Source: an uncultured Candidatus Saccharibacteria bacterium
GTDB taxonomy: Bacteria; Patescibacteriota; Minisyncoccia; Phycocordibacterales; UBA9973
Reading direction: 5' to 3'
Assembly: GCA_964348725.1 (NCBI GenBank)
Contig: CAYGDG010000006.1
Span: forward strand, 1-58,851
Length of the DNA stretch: 58,851 bases
In this document: in pieces, positions 54,354 to 58,851 of the stretch
Layout of the letters: each line of letters begins with the position of its first letter
How positions within the stretch are numbered: position 1 is the first letter of the stretch
Notes under the pieces: generated by a model
Databases searched by the model: none
What the model was told of the DNA's origin: nothing
Seen by the model: only the letters and a program-made list of their open reading frames with translations
Made by a program: the position numbers and the translations under genes

Positions 54354-55685
54354 ATGAAATCATTAGAAGAATTTCAAAAAATAATATCGCCAAGTTTTTG
54401 GAAACATACTCGAAAGTATTCTTACATACCGATCAATGATGAGGTTAAGCGTCTTGATTTTTCATCATCTTTATATGAAAAGATGGTAAATAAACATTAT
54501 CATCCACAAAATCCGCGAGAATATGTAGTAGCAGATAAGCATAATGGTACAACTAGACTAATCCCAGTCTTTACCCTTGAGGATAATTGTATATATTATT
54601 TTTGTGCCAAGACCCTTGAGAGTTGTCTGACTGAAGGATATGTTGATTGTACTTTTGGAGGTTTTCGTCTTGATGGAAAAATAACAGAAAAAGAAGATGA
54701 CATTTTTAACGAAATAAACATGGTCCCGTTTTCAATTTCGCCCTTTAGTTATAATCCACTAGGTTGGGTTAATGCATGGGGAGAATTTCAATCGAACGCC
54801 TTCAAAATTTCAAGAGAAGGTAGTTTAGATTATTTTATTTCTTTTGACATTGCCAACTTTTACAACACAATAAATTTGGATCAATTAGAAAAAAAGATAA
54901 GAATATGTGCAGACAAAGGTCTTTCTGAAGAAATTGATTTATTATTTTACTTTTTGAAGTATTGGGATAGAAAAAATTCACTATATGCGCCAAAAACAGT
55001 CGGAATACCTATGGATGATTTTGGTGACACATCTCGACTTCTTGCGAATTTCTTTTTGCAAAGTTATGACAAGAAAGTTTTTGATTTTTGCGCTGAAAAC
55101 AATTCTAAATATCTTAGATATGCGGACGATCAAATAATACTTGCTCCAGATCAAGAAACTGCTGAGAAAATATTATATTTTGCATCAATAGAGTTGAATA
55201 AAATTGGTTTAAATATAAATTCTGGAAAAGTAAAACCTTTCTTAAGTAGAGATAAATTTGAAAGGTATTGGGCGTTCGAAATCTTTGAGAAATTAAACGA
55301 TAAGAATAATACAGATAAAGTAAAAAATGGTATTGAAATGTACTTATCTGAAGATAAGCATGAAATTAGATGGGCATCTGTTTTGAAAAGAATACTTAAC
55401 TGTAATTTAAGCAAGGCGACTATCCATCAGAAATCGCAGATATTTTCACAGGTATTTGACCCGGCTTTTATCTCTTTGTGTAACTACAAAATGCTTGATA
55501 GTTTGTATAAAGTTTTAGAATCAACCGAGGATAAACAGAGATATTTAGATTTACTGAAAGAAATGTCCAGAAAGCAACTACATTCTAAATTTCATTACGA
55601 ACTACTTTTATCAAAAAACATAGGACTGCCAATTGATTTTGAAAATGAACTAGTGGACAGAATTAGAGAACTTAGTATAAAGTAA
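54354..55685 (+). CDS. reverse transcriptase, UG/Abi (DRT-like) type
   Basis: K..GTTR, FDIANFYNTI, GIPMDDFGDTSRLLANFFL, YLRYADD (55119-55130), GLNINSGK; helical C-terminal extension. Confidence 0.9.
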   Translation: MKSLEEFQKIISPSFWKHTRKYSYIPINDEVKRLDFSSSLYEKMVNKHYHPQNPREYVVADKHNGTTRLIPVFTLEDNCIYYFCAKTLESCLTEGYVDCTFGGFRLDGKITEKEDDIFNEINMVPFSISPFSYNPLGWVNAWGEFQSNAFKISREGSLDYFISFDIANFYNTINLDQLEKKIRICADKGLSEEIDLLFYFLKYWDRKNSLYAPKTVGIPMDDFGDTSRLLANFFLQSYDKKVFDFCAENNSKYLRYADDQIILAPDQETAEKILYFASIELNKIGLNINSGKVKPFLSRDKFERYWAFEIFEKLNDKNNTDKVKNGIEMYLSEDKHEIRWASVLKRILNCNLSKATIHQKSQIFSQVFDPAFISLCNYKMLDSLYKVLESTEDKQRYLDLLKEMSRKQLHSKFHYELLLSKNIGLPIDFENELVDRIRELSIK

Positions 55686-55689
55686 CATT

Positions 55690-58600
55690 ATGAATCCCTT
55701 AAACGAATCAACAATTGAAAATATGACCATAGAGCTTTTGAGGGAGGCAGGGTTTGCGTACGCAAACCCTGCCGATTTGGAGCCTGAAAGGCCTGATTTG
55801 GCGCAGGTGGCGCTGGTGGGGAGGTTACGAAATGCGGTGGATACATTGAATCCCGATCTTCCGGAGGAAGCGAGGGCTTATGCTGTTTCTCAGATTTTAA
55901 ATACTGCTAGTTTGACAGACAATGTTATTGAGAACAATCGCGCAGTTCATCGCTTGCTCGTCGAAGGAGTGAAAGTCGAAATTTTAGAAGAAGGGCACAT
56001 GCGCGGGCGGGAAGTACGAGTGATTGATTGGGATATTCTTTCCAATAATGATTTTCTCGTGACGAATCAATTTTATATAAAAGGTTTAGATAGAGATAAA
56101 ATTCCTGATGTTATTTTATTTGTAAACGGTTTACCGATGGTAGTGATTGAACTCAAAGATGTGAAGAATGAAGAGGCGACAGTGCATAAAGCATTTACAC
56201 AGCTGACAAATTACCAAAAAGCAATTCCGGATTTATTTTCTTACAATGGCTTACTCGTTATTTCTGATGGGCTCGATGCACGAGCTGGCACTATCACGAG
56301 TGGTTTCGATAGATTCCTTGCTTGGAAATCTGTCGATGGCGCAAAGGATGCAAAGAGGACAACCGCGCAAATTGAGACTTTGGTTTTAGGAATGCTTAAT
56401 CCGAAAGTCTTGCTGGATTTGATTCGCAACTTTACTGTTTTTGAAATTGAAAAGAAAATTTTACCAGATGGTTCACTTGAAATGCGAACGATTAAAAAGA
56501 CTGCGGCATATCACCAATATTTTGCAGTTTTGAAAGCGATCGATTCTACGGTAAAAGCGACAAATGGTGACCATCGAGCTGGTGTGGTATGGCATACGCA
56601 AGGTTCAGGTAAATCTTTGTCAATGGTTTTTTATGCAGGGAAAGTAATTCAAAAATTAAATAATCCGACAATTGTAGTTTTGACTGATCGAAATGATTTA
56701 GATCAACAACTTTTCGATACTTTTGCCGGAGCGAAAGAATTGCTTCGCCAAGAACCAGTCCAAGCTGAAAGTCGCGCTGATTTGCGAAAGTTACTCGCGA
56801 CAAATGGTGGAGGAGTTATTTTTACTACTATTCAAAAGTTTTCATTATTGGAAGGTGAGACAAAGTACACTGCACTTTCAGATCGTTCAAATATTATTGT
56901 TTTAGCTGATGAAGCGCATCGCTCACAATATGGTTTCAGTGCAAAAATTCGCGAGAATGAAGACGGTGCATATATGAGTTATGGTTTTGCAAAATATGTC
57001 CGTGATGCATTACCGAATGCTTCGTTCCTTGGTTTTACTGGTACACCGGTAGAAAAAGATGATGCGAATACTCGCGCAGTGTTTGGCGAATATGTCGATG
57101 TATATGATATACAGGCCGCAGTAGAAGATGGAGCGACAGTGCCGATAAGTTATGAATCAAGATTAGTTAAATTAAATTTTGATGAAAATAAAAAAGCAGA
57201 ACTCGATAGAGCAGTGGATGATGTTTTAGAAAGTGAAGAATCAACTGTCACTGAAAAAGCAAAAGCAAAATGGGCGCAAATGGAAGCAATTGTTGGTCAC
57301 CAAGCTCGCATTGCTGATGTGGCAAAAGACATAGTGTCTCATTTTGAAACTCGACAAGAAGTTTTTGATGGTAAGGCAATGATCGTGGCGATGAGTCGTA
57401 GAATTGCAGTATTGCTTTATGATGAAATAATAAAATTAAAGCCACAGTGGCATAGTGATAGTAAGAAAGGTGGAATGATAAAAGTCGTCATGACGGCGTC
57501 GTCTTCAGACCCTATAGAATATCAACCACACCATACAACAAAAGATGACCGAGGAGATATCGCTACAAGATTTAAAGACACAAAAGATAATTTGAAATTA
57601 GTAATTGTGCGTGATATGTGGCTCACTGGTTTTGATGTGCCATGTATGCACACGATGTATATAGACAAGCCTATGCGTGGAGCAAACCTCATGCAGGCGA
57701 TAGCTCGTGTGAATCGTGTTTATAAAGATAAAAAGGGAGGATTGATTGTTGATTATATTGGTATTGCTTCTGATTTAAAAGAAGCACTCGCTGTATATAC
57801 AGAAAGTGGTGGTAAGGGTGATATGGTTGTCGATCAAGAAGCAGATACTATTCCACACATGCTTGCTAAATTTGAAAATGTTCAAGGAATTTTAAATGAA
57901 GTTGATTATTCAAAATACTTTGCCGAAGATGCGAAGGGTAAACTCGAAGCTATTTTGGAAGTGGAAGATTTTTTGCTTGGTAAACACGATTTGAAAGAAA
58001 GGTTTATAAAAGAAGTGACGACGTTGTCACAGCTCTTTGCATTATCTATGCCAAATCTTCGTGCTATAGAAATCCGTGATGAGGTAGCATTTTTCCAAGC
58101 AGTAAAAGCTCGTCTAACTAAACTCGCTAGTGATGGTGGTGGTCGTGATATTGATATTGAAACAACAATCAGACAAATAGTAGATAAGGCTGTGACCTCA
58201 GGTGGGGTAGTAGATATTTTTGATGCTGCAGGAATCAAAAAGCCAGATATTTCTATTTTGTCAGAAGAATTTTTGGAAGAAATTCGTACAATGAAAAGGC
58301 AGAATATTGCGCTTGAACTTTTGAAGAAAATTTTAAATGATGAATTGCGAACTCGTGGAAAGAAAAATTCGGTGCAAGCAAAAAAGTTTTCTGAGATGTT
58401 ACATAGTGCAATTAAAAAATACCAGAATAATTTATTGACTGCATCACAGGTAATAGACGAATTAATAAAATTAGCAAAAGATGTAAAGGAAGCAGATAAG
58501 CGAGGAGAAAATCTTGGATTAAATGAAGACGAGATTGCTTTTTATGATGCATTATCACAAAACGAAAGTGCTGAAAAGGTGCTCGGTGATGATAAATTAA

Positions 58601-58800
58601 AAGAGCTTGCAAGAATTCTAGTTGGCAAGGTTCGCGAGAATGCTACGATTGATTGGAATGTACGTGAATCTGCTCGCGCGAGAATGCGCGTGATGGTAAA
58701 GCGATTACTTAATCAATATGGATATCCGCCAGATTTTCAAGAATTAGCTACTGAAACAGTGCTTGAACAGGCAGAATTATTGGCAGGGGAAAATGTTTAA
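55690..58800 (+). CDS. hsdR: type I restriction endonuclease subunit R
   Basis: PDVILFVNGLPMVVIELK, WHTQGSGKS, DEAHRSQY, FTGTP, MWLTGFD, QAIARVNR. Confidence 0.96.
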   Translation: MNPLNESTIENMTIELLREAGFAYANPADLEPERPDLAQVALVGRLRNAVDTLNPDLPEEARAYAVSQILNTASLTDNVIENNRAVHRLLVEGVKVEILEEGHMRGREVRVIDWDILSNNDFLVTNQFYIKGLDRDKIPDVILFVNGLPMVVIELKDVKNEEATVHKAFTQLTNYQKAIPDLFSYNGLLVISDGLDARAGTITSGFDRFLAWKSVDGAKDAKRTTAQIETLVLGMLNPKVLLDLIRNFTVFEIEKKILPDGSLEMRTIKKTAAYHQYFAVLKAIDSTVKATNGDHRAGVVWHTQGSGKSLSMVFYAGKVIQKLNNPTIVVLTDRNDLDQQLFDTFAGAKELLRQEPVQAESRADLRKLLATNGGGVIFTTIQKFSLLEGETKYTALSDRSNIIVLADEAHRSQYGFSAKIRENEDGAYMSYGFAKYVRDALPNASFLGFTGTPVEKDDANTRAVFGEYVDVYDIQAAVEDGATVPISYESRLVKLNFDENKKAELDRAVDDVLESEESTVTEKAKAKWAQMEAIVGHQARIADVAKDIVSHFETRQEVFDGKAMIVAMSRRIAVLLYDEIIKLKPQWHSDSKKGGMIKVVMTASSSDPIEYQPHHTTKDDRGDIATRFKDTKDNLKLVIVRDMWLTGFDVPCMHTMYIDKPMRGANLMQAIARVNRVYKDKKGGLIVDYIGIASDLKEALAVYTESGGKGDMVVDQEADTIPHMLAKFENVQGILNEVDYSKYFAEDAKGKLEAILEVEDFLLGKHDLKERFIKEVTTLSQLFALSMPNLRAIEIRDEVAFFQAVKARLTKLASDGGGRDIDIETTIRQIVDKAVTSGGVVDIFDAAGIKKPDISILSEEFLEEIRTMKRQNIALELLKKILNDELRTRGKKNSVQAKKFSEMLHSAIKKYQNNLLTASQVIDELIKLAKDVKEADKRGENLGLNEDEIAFYDALSQNESAEKVLGDDKLKELARILVGKVRENATIDWNVRESARARMRVMVKRLLNQYGYPPDFQELATETVLEQAELLAGENV

Positions 58801-58851
58801 TTACACAATCAAATCAAACCGGCGGGTGAGGGGGATAAGGATTCGCGTGGG

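Noticed and set aside
54354..55685. RT as retron, DGR, group II intron or CRISPR-associated RT
   Set aside because: No NAxxH/VTG or msr-msd space, no TR/VR pair or avd-like gene, no intron RNA or maturase context, no cas1 or array in the window
1638..58612. Numerous antisense or alternate-frame ORFs inside well-supported genes (e.g. 5543-6253, 15253-15771, 42464-43177, 46632-47303)
   Set aside because: Shadow ORFs of GC3-rich coding sequence with no motifs

Overview
A window from a Patescibacteria (CPR) genome, probably Parcubacteria and Nomurabacteria-like; this is inferred from gene content and short diverged core proteins. It uses the standard genetic code. It opens with the 3' end of 23S rRNA, which carries an ORF-less group I intron at the L2593 site, followed by 5S rRNA. 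Next come core genes (rodA, folD, secDF, lemA, htpX, gatCA, prfB, ftsEX, pyrG) and six tRNAs. From about 23.6 to 49.6 kb lies a long accessory stretch of short single-function genes: NUDIX, HD, kinases, deaminase, a Fic/Doc TA pair, redox genes, a large mosaic lipase-like surface protein and a Pif1-like helicase. The window ends in an AT-rich type I restriction-modification island. The best candidate for a new system is inside that island: a 432-aa HEPN-like gene and a 443-aa UG/Abi-type reverse transcriptase (YADD) are packed between hsdS and hsdR with no room for an intergenic ncRNA. Other signals: (1) stand-alone promoter-leader-terminator units carrying diverged, Bacteroidota-like sigma70 and aspartokinase genes and an RNB-dsRBD ribonuclease; (2) degenerate 5' 'shadow' copies in front of both tRNA-Thr genes; (3) in-frame palindromic insertions in gatA, gatC and prfB; (4) pervasive leaderless promoter architecture with repeated promoter-start modules; (5) a 49-bp promoter-containing direct repeat at the island edge. 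All family calls come from motif recognition only; no searches were run.
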